Positions 49,135 through 59,917 of a stretch of DNA of 64,000 nt are shown here, in pieces; positions within the stretch are counted from its first letter, which is position 1, and each line of letters begins with the position of its first letter. Origin of the DNA: Spirochaetia bacterium (GTDB lineage: Bacteria > Spirochaetota > Spirochaetia > CADAEX01); NCBI GenBank assembly GCA_963662795.1, contig OY759746.1, positions 3,264,001 to 3,328,000 of the forward strand, written 5' to 3'. Made by a program: the position numbers and the translations under genes. The notes beneath the pieces are model-generated. The model ran no database searches. It was not told the origin of the DNA and saw only the letters and a list, made by a program, of their open reading frames with translations.

Positions 49135-50555
49135 TGAAAACCAGACTTTTAATAGCGGCCTTATTGTTCTTCTCTTTTTCCATGCTTTATGCAGAAAAAT
49201 TGATTCTGCTTGACGAAAAAGACAAATGGAATATTGCAATTGCTGATTTTAAAATTACTGATTCTTCTTCCGATTCAATTTATCTGAGGAATTCGATTCC
49301 AGCTTTTCTATATAATCAGCTATCATCCTGTCTCAGTCACACGCTGACGGAAAATGAAATATTACTGCTCCAAAACAGGATTATAATTGAAAAAATTGAA
49401 GAAAAAGAGAGTAAACTGGCAGCATATTCAAAAGACTTTAATTTGACTTACTTTAATGAAAGTACGAAAAGAAAGGAACTCCGGGACAGTATACAATTAA
49501 CTGAAAAAGAAATAAGACAGCTTAAAAAATACAGTCCTGAAAAAATAAAAATAAATCCGATAAAAGAGATCTCTTTTATTACTGAAGGGGAAAATACTGA
49601 GAAAATTTCATTCGATCCGGTCAATATCGGTGTCTTTGCAGACAGAAAGAATTCTGATTATGTTATTTATGGTTCTGCAGGACAATTTGATGATCTTTTA
49701 CTTCTTGAAATCAGGTTATACAGTTCTTTGGTTAAAAAAGATATATATGTGAATTCAGTATCCGCTGACATCAATTCCCTTTTTACCTCACTGGATAAGA
49801 CTGTTTCTGATTTAACTTCCATACTCCTGGGTACTTCATGGAGCAAGCTTACAGTCGATACAAATATGGGCGATGCTGATATATACCTGAATAACAAATA
49901 TATCGGAAGCAGCAATGTCAAGAATATTATTGTAAAGCCCGGGAAACATCTTCTTACAGTTAAGGGACAGGGGATAGCTGAGAAGGAACTTGAAATATTT
50001 CTCGAAGAAAATAAAGAAAACGTTATAAACATGGAAACAGAGGAAAAAGAGGAAAAACTGACAGCAATAAATACTCTCCCGCCTGATGCTGATATCTATT
50101 ATGATTCACTTTGGCGGGGGAGGAGCCCGTATCTCTTAAACGGACTATCTGGAGAATTATATATAAAAAAAGAAGGGTACAGGGATTTAAAACTTTTTAT
50201 CGATGATTATCCTGAAAACAGTATTACTTTACAGCTTTCTCCTGATATCTTTAAAAAAGAGGAATATTTTGATAACAGGAGAGACACCTTTTACAGAAAT
50301 TTTTCTTTCTTCATTTTATCAGTGCCTCTTCCGTTTTTCCTGTTCGCAGTTCTCAATGATTACAGCGACGCCTATAATAATTCTTTAAGTTCCGGAACCA
50401 ACAGCAGTGAAACTGAAAGGCTCAGGAAATTAACCAGCTTTACTTATTATGGTTATTACGGTAGCCTGTTTTTAACAATTTCCCTTTTTGTAAATACAAT
50501 ATTTCATTTGAATGATTATATCAAAGCAGGCGATATACTTGGACAGGAGCAGTAA
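49134..50555 (+). CDS. PEGA-domain exported/membrane protein
   Basis: Signal peptide from ATG 49134; ADIYLN..YIG and NTLPPDADIY..GRSP..KKEGY repeats; C-terminal TMs. Confidence 0.75.
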   Translation: MKTRLLIAALLFFSFSMLYAEKLILLDEKDKWNIAIADFKITDSSSDSIYLRNSIPAFLYNQLSSCLSHTLTENEILLLQNRIIIEKIEEKESKLAAYSKDFNLTYFNESTKRKELRDSIQLTEKEIRQLKKYSPEKIKINPIKEISFITEGENTEKISFDPVNIGVFADRKNSDYVIYGSAGQFDDLLLLEIRLYSSLVKKDIYVNSVSADINSLFTSLDKTVSDLTSILLGTSWSKLTVDTNMGDADIYLNNKYIGSSNVKNIIVKPGKHLLTVKGQGIAEKELEIFLEENKENVINMETEEKEEKLTAINTLPPDADIYYDSLWRGRSPYLLNGLSGELYIKKEGYRDLKLFIDDYPENSITLQLSPDIFKKEEYFDNRRDTFYRNFSFFILSVPLPFFLFAVLNDYSDAYNNSLSSGTNSSETERLRKLTSFTYYGYYGSLFLTISLFVNTIFHLNDYIKAGDILGQEQ

Positions 50556-51431
50556 ATGGCAAAATTGAATCTTGGGCAAAAACTTAAAAATATTTTCAAA
50601 TTAAATAAAGGCAATCAGGAATTTTTTGATGATCTAGAAGATATTCTGGTCGAATCCGATATGGGTGTCGGAGTTTCAGTTGATATAGTAAAAGAACTTA
50701 AGGAACATGCTGCCGGAAAAAAGATTACAGGTGAGGAAAATATTATCAGACTGTTAAAAGAAATTATCTCCGGTAAGATCCTTGAGTATAAATTTACCCT
50801 TGATAATGACAATCTTGTTTTGATCCTCTTTTTGGGTGTTAACGGAGTGGGGAAAACCACAACAATAGCAAAAACCGCAAATTTCATAAAAGAGAATTAC
50901 CCACGAAAAGGGATAATACTTTCAGCTGCAGACACATTCAGGGCTGCCGCAATTGAACAGCTTAAAATCCATGGAGAAAGACTTGGAGTGAGGGTCGTAA
51001 GCCAGGAGCATGGCTCAGATCCCGGGGCTGTTATATTCGACACTATCGAGAGCGCAAAAGCAAAGGGTGAAAAGGTAATACTCGCTGATACTGCCGGGAG
51101 AATGCATAACAGGGTTAATCTTGTCAAAGAACTCCAGAAGATTGATAAAATTATCAAAAACAGGATTGAAAAAGATAACTACCTTAAATTTCTGGTAATA
51201 GATTCAACTACAGGCCAGAACGGCCTTAGTCAGGCTGAAATATTTCATGAAGCGATTGGTATTGATGCTGTTGTAATGGCCAAAAGCGATTCATCAGCCA
51301 AAGGCGGTATTGCGGCAGCAATTTCAGGCAAGCTGGGACTCCCTTTTGTTTTTTTAGGTACAGGAGAAAAATACGGAGATTTAAAACAATTCAGTAAGGA
51401 TGAATATCTGGATAACCTTTTAAATGTTTAA
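50556..51431 (+). CDS. ftsY: SRP receptor FtsY
   Basis: GVNGVGKTTT, DTFRAAA, DTAGR, GQNG, AKGG. Confidence 0.97.
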   Translation: MAKLNLGQKLKNIFKLNKGNQEFFDDLEDILVESDMGVGVSVDIVKELKEHAAGKKITGEENIIRLLKEIISGKILEYKFTLDNDNLVLILFLGVNGVGKTTTIAKTANFIKENYPRKGIILSAADTFRAAAIEQLKIHGERLGVRVVSQEHGSDPGAVIFDTIESAKAKGEKVILADTAGRMHNRVNLVKELQKIDKIIKNRIEKDNYLKFLVIDSTTGQNGLSQAEIFHEAIGIDAVVMAKSDSSAKGGIAAAISGKLGLPFVFLGTGEKYGDLKQFSKDEYLDNLLNV

Positions 51432-52491
51432 ATATCTTTTATTAATATTTTTATTTGCATATACACCGTCTCTTTTTTCCCAGGAATATTACAGATCAAA
51501 CAAACTTGGAATGCCTCTTGAAAAAATTGAAAAATACAGAATAGATGAGTTTGAATATTATCTTGAAAAAAAAACCTCAGGGTTGAAAGAAGAAAATATC
51601 CTGTATCAAAACTCAGATATTGTTATGGAAAATGAGATTTATTATACATCTGATAAAAAACCAGAAAGGGAATTAACTAAGGAAGATAATACAGTAACAG
51701 AGAAAAAATACAGGAATTTACTTATTTACGAAGAAAAGATAATAAACCCGGATAAAACAGGTATTATCAGGAAATATAATTATAATGAAAACAGCCAGCT
51801 TTATTCAGTAGATGAATTAACTCTCGAAGGGATTCCTGACAACAGGGTCACATACGAAAGAGATATAAAAGGGAGGATAATTTCAGTTGTCAGGCTTGTT
51901 TTAAGGGATAAAAATACAGGATTGAAAGATCCTGAACCGGTTGAAGATCAGTTTTCAAAATACAGGTTTTCAGGCCGCAATCTAACTGAGGAATGGCATG
52001 GAAGCAGTGATACAACCGGAAGCTTTATATATTACAGTTCAGACGGAAAGATCTCCGGTATTATGCAGAAAAAGGAAGGTAAAACAGTTTCGGAGAAAAA
52101 ATACTTTTATGAAAACACCGGAGCATACAGAACTGAGGAGATAATCCCTGATGCAAAAGAAAAAAATATTCAGTATTTTGATACTGCCGGGAATATAACT
52201 GAAGAGGTCTTATCCCTGGGGGATAAAGCAGTTCTTAAAACTACCTGGTTTTATAATGACAAAAAAATTGTAAAAAAAATATCGACAAGCGAAAAGGGAA
52301 CAGAAAGGTCTCTGTATGTATACTCAGGCGACAAAGTTTCGGGCGAAAAAATGTTTTTTAATGGAGAACTGGTTTACGAAAAAGTATATACTGATGATGA
52401 TAGTTATTATGAGGATAATTATTCATCAGGTAAAAGATATTCAAGAAAATACTATAAAAACGGTGAAAAGATTAAAACTGAAACATGGTGA
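51424..52491 (+). CDS. Hypothetical exported protein with Tyr-rich beta-hairpin repeats
   Basis: Signal peptide; repeated YxY..G motifs. Confidence 0.65.
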   Translation: MFKYLLLIFLFAYTPSLFSQEYYRSNKLGMPLEKIEKYRIDEFEYYLEKKTSGLKEENILYQNSDIVMENEIYYTSDKKPERELTKEDNTVTEKKYRNLLIYEEKIINPDKTGIIRKYNYNENSQLYSVDELTLEGIPDNRVTYERDIKGRIISVVRLVLRDKNTGLKDPEPVEDQFSKYRFSGRNLTEEWHGSSDTTGSFIYYSSDGKISGIMQKKEGKTVSEKKYFYENTGAYRTEEIIPDAKEKNIQYFDTAGNITEEVLSLGDKAVLKTTWFYNDKKIVKKISTSEKGTERSLYVYSGDKVSGEKMFFNGELVYEKVYTDDDSYYEDNYSSGKRYSRKYYKNGEKIKTETW

Positions 52492-53780
52492 ACAAATGGA
52501 CAATATTTCTTGCTGACAGATATATAAGGGCAAGAAGGACAGAAAAGAAAAACACGACACAAAAACTTTCAATACTTGGTCTTGCCGCAGGTGTTGTTAC
52601 ACTTGTAGCAGTCATGTCTATCATGAATGGGCTGCAGCTTGGATTTATCAATGATATCCTTGAAATTGAATCCTATCATCTCCGTATCAATAATGTTTTT
52701 AATGAAAGAAGCACAAGGGAAGTCCTTGGCAGTATTTCTGCGATTACAAGCCATACAGCCTTCAGCGATGTGCAGACCCTTCTTCAGGGACGAAGTTCAA
52801 AACTTGAGCCTGTTGTCGTAAGGATGATGGAAGATGGTGAGGCTTTACGGGATAAGGGATTTATGAATCATCTCGGAATGCTGGAAGGTGATTTTGATAT
52901 CAGCGGGGGGTACAAGGCTGTAATCGGCAATGAACTTGCAAAATATCTGCATGTTTCGGCAGGTAATACAATAAATATTGTATCACTTTCCGGAAATTCT
53001 TTTTCATCCCTTCACCCCGGGACGCTGGAGCTGACAATTACAGGGGTATTTCAGTCCGGGTATTACGATTTTGACAGGGGTATGATCTTCATTTCAGACT
53101 TGAATGCTCCCCTGCTTAATCCGGGAACAACAGAGGGTGAAAAGATAATAGGCATAAAGCTCAAAAATCAGTACAGGGACATGGAAACTCTTGCTGCGCT
53201 GAAATCCGCGCTGCCAGGTGCGGAAATTGTTTCCTGGAGGGATTACAATAAATCTTTTTTCAGCGCGCTTCGTATTGAAAAGATTACAATGATGCTCCTG
53301 ATTGCGCTTATTTTTGTAGTAATCGGGGTGAATATATTCAATTCAATAAAAAGAACAGTTGCTGAAAAGCTTGAAGACATTGCAGTACTCTACTCTCTCG
53401 GCGCACCTGACAGGTCAGTAAAAAGAATATTCCTTATTGAAGGGGTAATTATTGGTCTTGCGGGGGGAATCTTCGGTATCGCCGGCGGCCTGCTTCTTAT
53501 AATCAATATAAATGAGTTGTTTGCCATTACAGGAAAGCTTCTGTCCGGTTTATCCCTTTTCGCGGGTTATCTGGCGTCAGCTTCAGGACTCTATCAGTCT
53601 TCAGAATTTACCCTTTTCCCGGAAGATTATTTTTATCTGACAGAGATACCGGTGAAAATACTGCTCCCCGAGATGGTCCTGATTTTTATATTCGCGTTTC
53701 TCTCTGCTGTTGTGTCCGCATGGTTTGCGTCAAAAAAACTTTCTGTAAAAAATCCTGCTGAGTATCTGAGGTATGAATAA
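52485..53780 (+). CDS. LolC/E-type ABC permease
   Basis: VMSIMNG, FQSGYYDFD, SWRDYN, DIAVLYSLGA, PAEYLRYE. Confidence 0.9.
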   Translation: MVNKWTIFLADRYIRARRTEKKNTTQKLSILGLAAGVVTLVAVMSIMNGLQLGFINDILEIESYHLRINNVFNERSTREVLGSISAITSHTAFSDVQTLLQGRSSKLEPVVVRMMEDGEALRDKGFMNHLGMLEGDFDISGGYKAVIGNELAKYLHVSAGNTINIVSLSGNSFSSLHPGTLELTITGVFQSGYYDFDRGMIFISDLNAPLLNPGTTEGEKIIGIKLKNQYRDMETLAALKSALPGAEIVSWRDYNKSFFSALRIEKITMMLLIALIFVVIGVNIFNSIKRTVAEKLEDIAVLYSLGAPDRSVKRIFLIEGVIIGLAGGIFGIAGGLLLIININELFAITGKLLSGLSLFAGYLASASGLYQSSEFTLFPEDYFYLTEIPVKILLPEMVLIFIFAFLSAVVSAWFASKKLSVKNPAEYLRYE

Positions 53781-54457
53781 TGGATAAAGTTGTTGAAATA
53801 GAAAAGCTGTTTAAAAAATATAAAAGCGGCACAGATGATCTTGTTATTCTTGAAGGGCTGGATCTTACTCTCGAAAAGGGGAAAAAACTCATTATCACCG
53901 GGGAAAGCGGCTGCGGAAAAAGTACCCTGCTTAATATTATGGGGGGACTCGACAGGGGAAGCGGAGGAATTGTAAGGATTTGCGGTGCCGATGTTGAGCA
54001 GATGGAAGAAAAAGAACTTTATAATTTCCGCAACAGGATTATAGGTTTTGTTTTCCAGTTCCATTATCTTTTAAAAGAACTTACCGCGGCAGAAAATGTA
54101 ATGATGCCTATGTTTATCAGGGGAGAAACGAAAAAAAAATCACTTGAAGAGGCTGAAAAAATACTCGCAAAAGTAAATCTGGCAGAAAGAGCCTCTTTTT
54201 ATCCATATCAGCTCTCTGGCGGTGAAAGACAGAGGGTCGCTGTTGCAAGAGCTCTTATAAACAATCCTTCCATACTTCTTGCCGATGAACCTACAGGCAA
54301 TCTTGATGAGAAAAATTCCAGAATAGTTGAAGAACTTCTTTTCAGCCTTGTCGCACAGCAGAATACAACCCTGGTTATGGTAACGCATGATGCATCCCTG
54401 TCTGAAAGGGGAGACAGTACCATGAAACTGGAAAAAGGCAGATTAAAGGAAATATGA
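53780..54457 (+). CDS. lolD: LolD-type ABC ATP-binding protein
   Basis: GESGCGKST, GFVFQFHYL, LSGGERQR, ADEPTGNLD. Confidence 0.88.
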   Translation: MDKVVEIEKLFKKYKSGTDDLVILEGLDLTLEKGKKLIITGESGCGKSTLLNIMGGLDRGSGGIVRICGADVEQMEEKELYNFRNRIIGFVFQFHYLLKELTAAENVMMPMFIRGETKKKSLEEAEKILAKVNLAERASFYPYQLSGGERQRVAVARALINNPSILLADEPTGNLDEKNSRIVEELLFSLVAQQNTTLVMVTHDASLSERGDSTMKLEKGRLKEI

Positions 54458-55779
54458 AAGTAAAAAACGCGTTATTCCTTGCCTTGAAATTTTTTTCCAG
54501 TAAAAATACAGACAAAAACCTCTTCCGGCATATAAGAGGCGCGGTTATAGGTATAGCGCTCAGCCTCGTACCTCTTGTAATTGTACTTGAAGTCACTGAC
54601 GGTATGATAGAAGGGATAACCAGAAGATATATTGAGGTGGGGAGTTATCATTATCAGGCAAGGGATTTACAGAATACAGAAGCTGATTTTGAAACAATAA
54701 TTGAAAATCTTGAGAGTCTCGAAACTGTAGACAACGCATTTGCCTTTATCCAGGATACATGCCTGATCTATACAAAAGAGGGGAGAACAGGGGTTTCTGT
54801 GAGGGGGCTGCCTGAAAGCCTTTATAACAAGGACAGGGGACTAAGAGAGTATCTAGTCTTTTCTGAAGGAAGTTTTACACTTGACTCCGAAGCTATATTG
54901 CTGAGCAGCAGCATAGCCAAAAAAATCGGCGCATCCGCAGGCGATGAAATCAGGCTTCTGACCGCTTTTAATCAGCCTGGACGGGCGCTGATACTCCGTC
55001 CTGCAAGGTTTATCGTAAAAGGGGTCTTTACGACCGGCTACAGGGAACTGGATGAGGTCAGCGTCTATATAAACTACGACAGGGCTTCCTCGCTTTTCAG
55101 AGGCGCGAGCCAGCCGTACATCGGTATAAAGGTGAAAGATCCATATAATTCTTCAGATTCATTCGGAAACATTTCCGGCGATAAGACAGCTGAAGTGCTG
55201 CGCAATCATCTTCCGCCTACTTTTATCCTGAGTTCATGGTACAGACTTAATTACACTTTATATAAAAGCCTTGAAACGACTAAAAAACTATTAATGCTTA
55301 TAATGATACTTATCCTCTCTGTCGCATCCCTCAATATTTCTTCCGCAATGATTATGATGGTTCTCTCCAGGAGAAAAGAGATTGCAATATTGAAAAGCAT
55401 CGGTTTTTCACAAAGCGACATAGCCCTTGCATTTCTTGCGACAGGTGTTCTGATAGGCCTTGCAGGTACTTTTATTGGCATGCTTGCGGGAATAGCCGGA
55501 TCTCTTCATATAAACTGGATAATCGGAACTATTGAAAAACTTATCAATTATTTTATATTTTCAGGATATTTTGTGCTTAATTTTTTCAGGCAGACAGAAT
55601 ATGGAGGTTTCAGAATACTTGATTCAGGGTATTACCTTGAACAGATTCCTGTTACTCTCGATTTTCTTGAACTGTGTCTTGTTTCCTTCATCTCCCTGCT
55701 TTTATCATCGGCCGCCTCTTTTCTCCCGTCTTTCAGGGCAGGAGCAATAAGACCGGTAGAGATTCTGCGAAAAAGCTGA
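54454..55779 (+). CDS. LolC/E-type ABC permease
   Basis: VTDGMIEG, FTTGYRELD, EIAILKSIG, PVEILRK. Confidence 0.9.
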   Translation: MKVKNALFLALKFFSSKNTDKNLFRHIRGAVIGIALSLVPLVIVLEVTDGMIEGITRRYIEVGSYHYQARDLQNTEADFETIIENLESLETVDNAFAFIQDTCLIYTKEGRTGVSVRGLPESLYNKDRGLREYLVFSEGSFTLDSEAILLSSSIAKKIGASAGDEIRLLTAFNQPGRALILRPARFIVKGVFTTGYRELDEVSVYINYDRASSLFRGASQPYIGIKVKDPYNSSDSFGNISGDKTAEVLRNHLPPTFILSSWYRLNYTLYKSLETTKKLLMLIMILILSVASLNISSAMIMMVLSRRKEIAILKSIGFSQSDIALAFLATGVLIGLAGTFIGMLAGIAGSLHINWIIGTIEKLINYFIFSGYFVLNFFRQTEYGGFRILDSGYYLEQIPVTLDFLELCLVSFISLLLSSAASFLPSFRAGAIRPVEILRKS

Positions 55780-55866
55780 AAACAGGAATATTAATATCGA
55801 CAACTTCTGCTATTTTTAATAACTTAATATTAAGGATATTAATAGATATAAAAACAGGATAATGTA

Positions 55867-56382
55867 ATGAAATGTGATATTTGCGGCAGCAGAAGAGCTT
55901 TGATACATATTCAGCAAATTGCCGGAAACGAAGAGATAAACATCAATATATGCGAAAAATGCGCAAAAGATAAAGGGCTTACAATTAATAACAAAGAACT
56001 GGGGGTAAGTCTTAAAAATCTTCTCGGGAATTTCGATCAGATAAAAAAAGCGATTGAATCCCGTGACAATGCAAAAACATGCAGTGAATGCGGTAATACT
56101 ATTGAACAATTAAAGAAAACCGGAAAAACAGGCTGCCCTGCATGCTACAGGGAATTCAATAAATATATCTCATCGTTTCTTAAAAAGACGGCCGGGGCCT
56201 GTGAACACAGGGGCAAATATCCTTTCAGGATCAGTATTTTAAGCAGAAGAATCAGGGAAATGGATAATTTAAACCTTAAGCTTAAGGATGCGGTAGAAGG
56301 TGAAAAATTTGAACATGCCGCTTATCTGAGGGACAGAATTAAACTAATGGAAAGACAGATTAAAAGATATGGTAAACAATGA
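55867..56382 (+). CDS. mcsA: McsA (CxxC motifs plus UVR domain)
   Basis: Four CxxC motifs, GCPACY, HRGKYP, EKFEHAAYLRDRI. Confidence 0.9.
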   Translation: MKCDICGSRRALIHIQQIAGNEEININICEKCAKDKGLTINNKELGVSLKNLLGNFDQIKKAIESRDNAKTCSECGNTIEQLKKTGKTGCPACYREFNKYISSFLKKTAGACEHRGKYPFRISILSRRIREMDNLNLKLKDAVEGEKFEHAAYLRDRIKLMERQIKRYGKQ

Positions 56383-57412
56383 TTTCAGGCTTGGCCCGGA
56401 AGGCTGGTTCAGCAGGGAAGGCCAGGGGATAGATGTAATAAACTCGAGCAGAATAAGGCTTGCAAGAAACATTGAAGGTCTTGTCTTTCCGGAAAAAATG
56501 GGAAGCAAGGATTTTAACTGGTTTTATGATAAAATTACGGAAGAAACAGCAGATATGACAGGGTTCGGCTTTTATAATCTAAATGCGCTTAAACTGCAGG
56601 AAAGACAGATGCTTGCAGAACGGCATTATCTGAAACCCGGCGCTACTACATTCAGCGGAGAGCAGTGCATTTTAATCAGAGATGATGAGCAGGTTATAAC
56701 AGTTTTTAATGATTCGGATCATATAAGAATAAAGAGCCTGCAAAGCGGACTTGATTTAAGGAAAGCATATAATTGCTGCAATGAGATGGATAATCTTTTG
56801 GAAGAAAAATTTACCTATGCGGTTTCTCCGAAATTTGGTTATCTTACATCTGACCTGACTTCAGCAGGAACAGGAATGAGTGCGTCAGTAATGCTTTTTC
56901 TTCCTGCCATAAGAAGAGCCGGCAAAATTGACAAGGCTTTAACTGAAATTGTAAGGGCAGGGCTTTCTGTAAAGGGTTTTGTGGGAGAAGGCACTGAAGA
57001 TTCCCTTGGCGACCTGTATATTATTGATAACCAGTTTTCAATGGGAAAAACGGAGGAAGAGACGATAATTCAGCTTGAAAGTATCACAAGTCTTATCGCA
57101 GGGTATGAAAGAGAAACAAGGGATATAATTTTCAAGAGCGACAGGGTTAACATGGAAGATGAAGTGTTCAGGGCCAAAGGGATACTTGAAAATTGCAGAA
57201 AAATAACGCTTATAGAAGCAATAAGGCATATTTCTTCTTTAAAATTAGGAAAATATTACAATTTAATTGACGAAAATATAACATATAGCGGAATTAATTG
57301 TTTATTATTGCAGATACAGAAATCGCATTTAATAAAAAATAATAAAAAGAATTCTGATGAGGATACAGCTCGGGCGGAATTCATACGGAATAACTTGTTT
57401 ATGAAGGGTTAA
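56369..57412 (+). CDS. mcsB: McsB-like protein arginine kinase homologue, active site degenerate
   Basis: SSRIRLARN, DHIRI, GYLTS, GEG, NQ; lies between mcsA and clpC. Confidence 0.85.
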   Translation: MVNNDFRLGPEGWFSREGQGIDVINSSRIRLARNIEGLVFPEKMGSKDFNWFYDKITEETADMTGFGFYNLNALKLQERQMLAERHYLKPGATTFSGEQCILIRDDEQVITVFNDSDHIRIKSLQSGLDLRKAYNCCNEMDNLLEEKFTYAVSPKFGYLTSDLTSAGTGMSASVMLFLPAIRRAGKIDKALTEIVRAGLSVKGFVGEGTEDSLGDLYIIDNQFSMGKTEEETIIQLESITSLIAGYERETRDIIFKSDRVNMEDEVFRAKGILENCRKITLIEAIRHISSLKLGKYYNLIDENITYSGINCLLLQIQKSHLIKNNKKNSDEDTARAEFIRNNLFMKG

Positions 57413-57417
57413 TAAGG

Positions 57418-59871
57418 ATGTTTAAAGGATTAACAAAAAGGGCACAGAAAGTTCTGGCCCTGATAGCACAGGAAGAAGCAAAAAGATTTCATGCGGATCA
57501 GCTGCTGCCTGAGCATATAATTCTTGCTTTGTTAAAAGAAGGCGAGGGACAGGCTCTGCGGATTTTGAAAAAACTTGGTATAGAACCGGTTCAGCTCCAG
57601 GTAGAAATCGAAAACAATATTTTCAAAAATAAGGGCGGTTTTCTGCTTGGAGATGTTCCTCTTTCAAAAAGAGGAAGAAAAGTTCTTGAAGATTCGGCAG
57701 AAGAGGCAAGAAAATTCAGTCATGAATATATCGGAACTGAACATCTCCTGCTTGCTGCCGCAAAGGAACCAGGAAGCATTATTTCCATGTTTCTTGCAAG
57801 CCGTGGAATAACCACAGAAATCCTTAGAGATACTGTGTCAGAAATGTCGGAAATTTCAAAATCTGACGGCAAGATCAGCAAACAGATCGCAGTAAGCAAG
57901 AAGATAATCCCCGGCGCCGGTGGAAAAAACACTCCGCTTTTGAACGAATTTTCCAGAGACCTTACGGAAATGGCAATATCAGGCCAGCTTGACCCTGTAA
58001 TAGGCAGGGAGAAAGAGATCAACAGGGTAATCCAGATAATGGCAAGAAGAACAAAGAATAACCCGATTCTGCTTGGGGAACCGGGAGTAGGTAAAACTGC
58101 AATTGTGGAAGGTCTTGCTACCAGAATTGCTTTCAGAAAAGCCCCGGACATACTTCATGACAAAAGACTGATGATACTTGACCTTGCCTCTGTTATTGCC
58201 GGAACAAAATACAGGGGAGAATTTGAAGAACGGCTGAAAAGGATTATGAAAGAAATCAAGGCAGCCGGAGATATTATTCTTTTTATTGATGAGATACATA
58301 CAATTGTCGGGGCAGGCGGGGCAGAGGGTGCTATCGATGCATCCAATATGCTTAAGCCGGCATTGTCGAGAGGAGAAATCCAGTGTATAGGCGCTACAAC
58401 GTTAAGCGAATACAGGAAAAATATTGAAAAAGATTCTGCTCTTGAAAGAAGATTTCAACCCGTACTTATTGAAGAACCTACCGCATCTGAAACAATAGAA
58501 ATTCTAAACGGTGTAAAAAAATACTATGAAGAGTATCATAATGTTACATATTCCGAACAGGCTGTTAATATTATAACAAGACTTGCCTCCCGTTATCTGA
58601 CAGACAGGCTTCTTCCTGACAAGGCAATTGATATACTTGATGAGGCAGGATCAAGAAAAAGAATCGCTACCAGGGAAAAACCGGAAGAACTGGACAATAT
58701 CAATAAACAGATAGATGATCTTAATTTTGAAAAAAAGAACTATGTCAACAACCAGGATTACGAAAAAGCAGCTTCAATCAGGGATATGATAAATAATCTG
58801 CGGGAACAGAAAGATGTTGTTGAATCAACATGGAAAAAAACACTGCGTATTGAACATAATCTGATTGATGAAAATGATATCTACCAGGTACTGGCTGAGA
58901 TTACAGGAATACCTGTAGCCAGAATAGCGGAAAGTGAATCTGAAAAACTTCTTAAAATCGAGGATCATCTTCATAAAACAGTTATCGGCCAGGAAGAAGC
59001 AATAACAGCAGTTTCATCTGCCATAAGAAGGCGAAGGGCCGGGATTTCATCCCATGCCCGGCCGCTTGGTTCTTTCATTTTCCTTGGGCCTACAGGAGTG
59101 GGTAAAACCCTTCTTGCAAAAACTCTTGCTGAGTTTCTGTTCGGAACAACCGATGCTCTTGTAAGGGTGGACATGTCCGATTACATGGAAAAACATAATT
59201 CCTCAAGGCTTGTAGGATCCCCTCCGGGTTATATCGGTTATGATGAAGGAGGAGTTTTAACGGAAAAAGTAAGAAGAAAACCCTACTGTGTAATTCTTTT
59301 CGATGAAATTGAGAAAGCTCACCCCGATGTATTCAATCTTCTTCTGCAGATACTGGAAGAAGGTGAAATACAGGATAACCTGGGCCACAGGGTTTCTTTC
59401 CGGAATGCTGTAATAATAATGACTTCCAATGCCGGCGCAAGAGATATATCAACCGGTTTTTCGCTTGGATTCAAGCAGAATACAGATATAAGCTACAGTG
59501 AAATAAAATCATCAGCGCTTAACGAACTTAAAAGAATTTTCAGACCTGAATTTTTAAACCGTGTTGATGAGATTGTAGTTTTTCAGAGTTTAAACAGGGA
59601 TGAAATGCACCATATTTTCGATAATATGATAAACGAATTAAAAGAAAGGCTTTCCGAAAAGAGGCTTGAAATTATTGTAACAGAGGAAGCCAAGAATTTT
59701 CTTATTGAAAAAGGGTGGGATTCAAGGTTCGGAGCAAGACCCTTAAGAAGGGTTATACAGAAAGAAGTAGAGGATGTTTTATCCACAATGATCATAAGCG
59801 GTATTCTGGATGACAACTCACACGCAGTAGTTGATTTTAAAAACGACAAAATAAATATCCATAAGGAATAG
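57418..59871 (+). CDS. clpC: Clp protease ATP-binding subunit ClpC
   Basis: Clp-N repeats, GEPGVGKT, UVR middle domain, GPTGVGKT, GARPLRR. Confidence 0.96.
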   Translation: MFKGLTKRAQKVLALIAQEEAKRFHADQLLPEHIILALLKEGEGQALRILKKLGIEPVQLQVEIENNIFKNKGGFLLGDVPLSKRGRKVLEDSAEEARKFSHEYIGTEHLLLAAAKEPGSIISMFLASRGITTEILRDTVSEMSEISKSDGKISKQIAVSKKIIPGAGGKNTPLLNEFSRDLTEMAISGQLDPVIGREKEINRVIQIMARRTKNNPILLGEPGVGKTAIVEGLATRIAFRKAPDILHDKRLMILDLASVIAGTKYRGEFEERLKRIMKEIKAAGDIILFIDEIHTIVGAGGAEGAIDASNMLKPALSRGEIQCIGATTLSEYRKNIEKDSALERRFQPVLIEEPTASETIEILNGVKKYYEEYHNVTYSEQAVNIITRLASRYLTDRLLPDKAIDILDEAGSRKRIATREKPEELDNINKQIDDLNFEKKNYVNNQDYEKAASIRDMINNLREQKDVVESTWKKTLRIEHNLIDENDIYQVLAEITGIPVARIAESESEKLLKIEDHLHKTVIGQEEAITAVSSAIRRRRAGISSHARPLGSFIFLGPTGVGKTLLAKTLAEFLFGTTDALVRVDMSDYMEKHNSSRLVGSPPGYIGYDEGGVLTEKVRRKPYCVILFDEIEKAHPDVFNLLLQILEEGEIQDNLGHRVSFRNAVIIMTSNAGARDISTGFSLGFKQNTDISYSEIKSSALNELKRIFRPEFLNRVDEIVVFQSLNRDEMHHIFDNMINELKERLSEKRLEIIVTEEAKNFLIEKGWDSRFGARPLRRVIQKEVEDVLSTMIISGILDDNSHAVVDFKNDKINIHKE

Positions 59872-59917
59872 TTTTACCCTTGATAAAAAAAATACATAAA
59901 TTTATATTCTTAACTAA

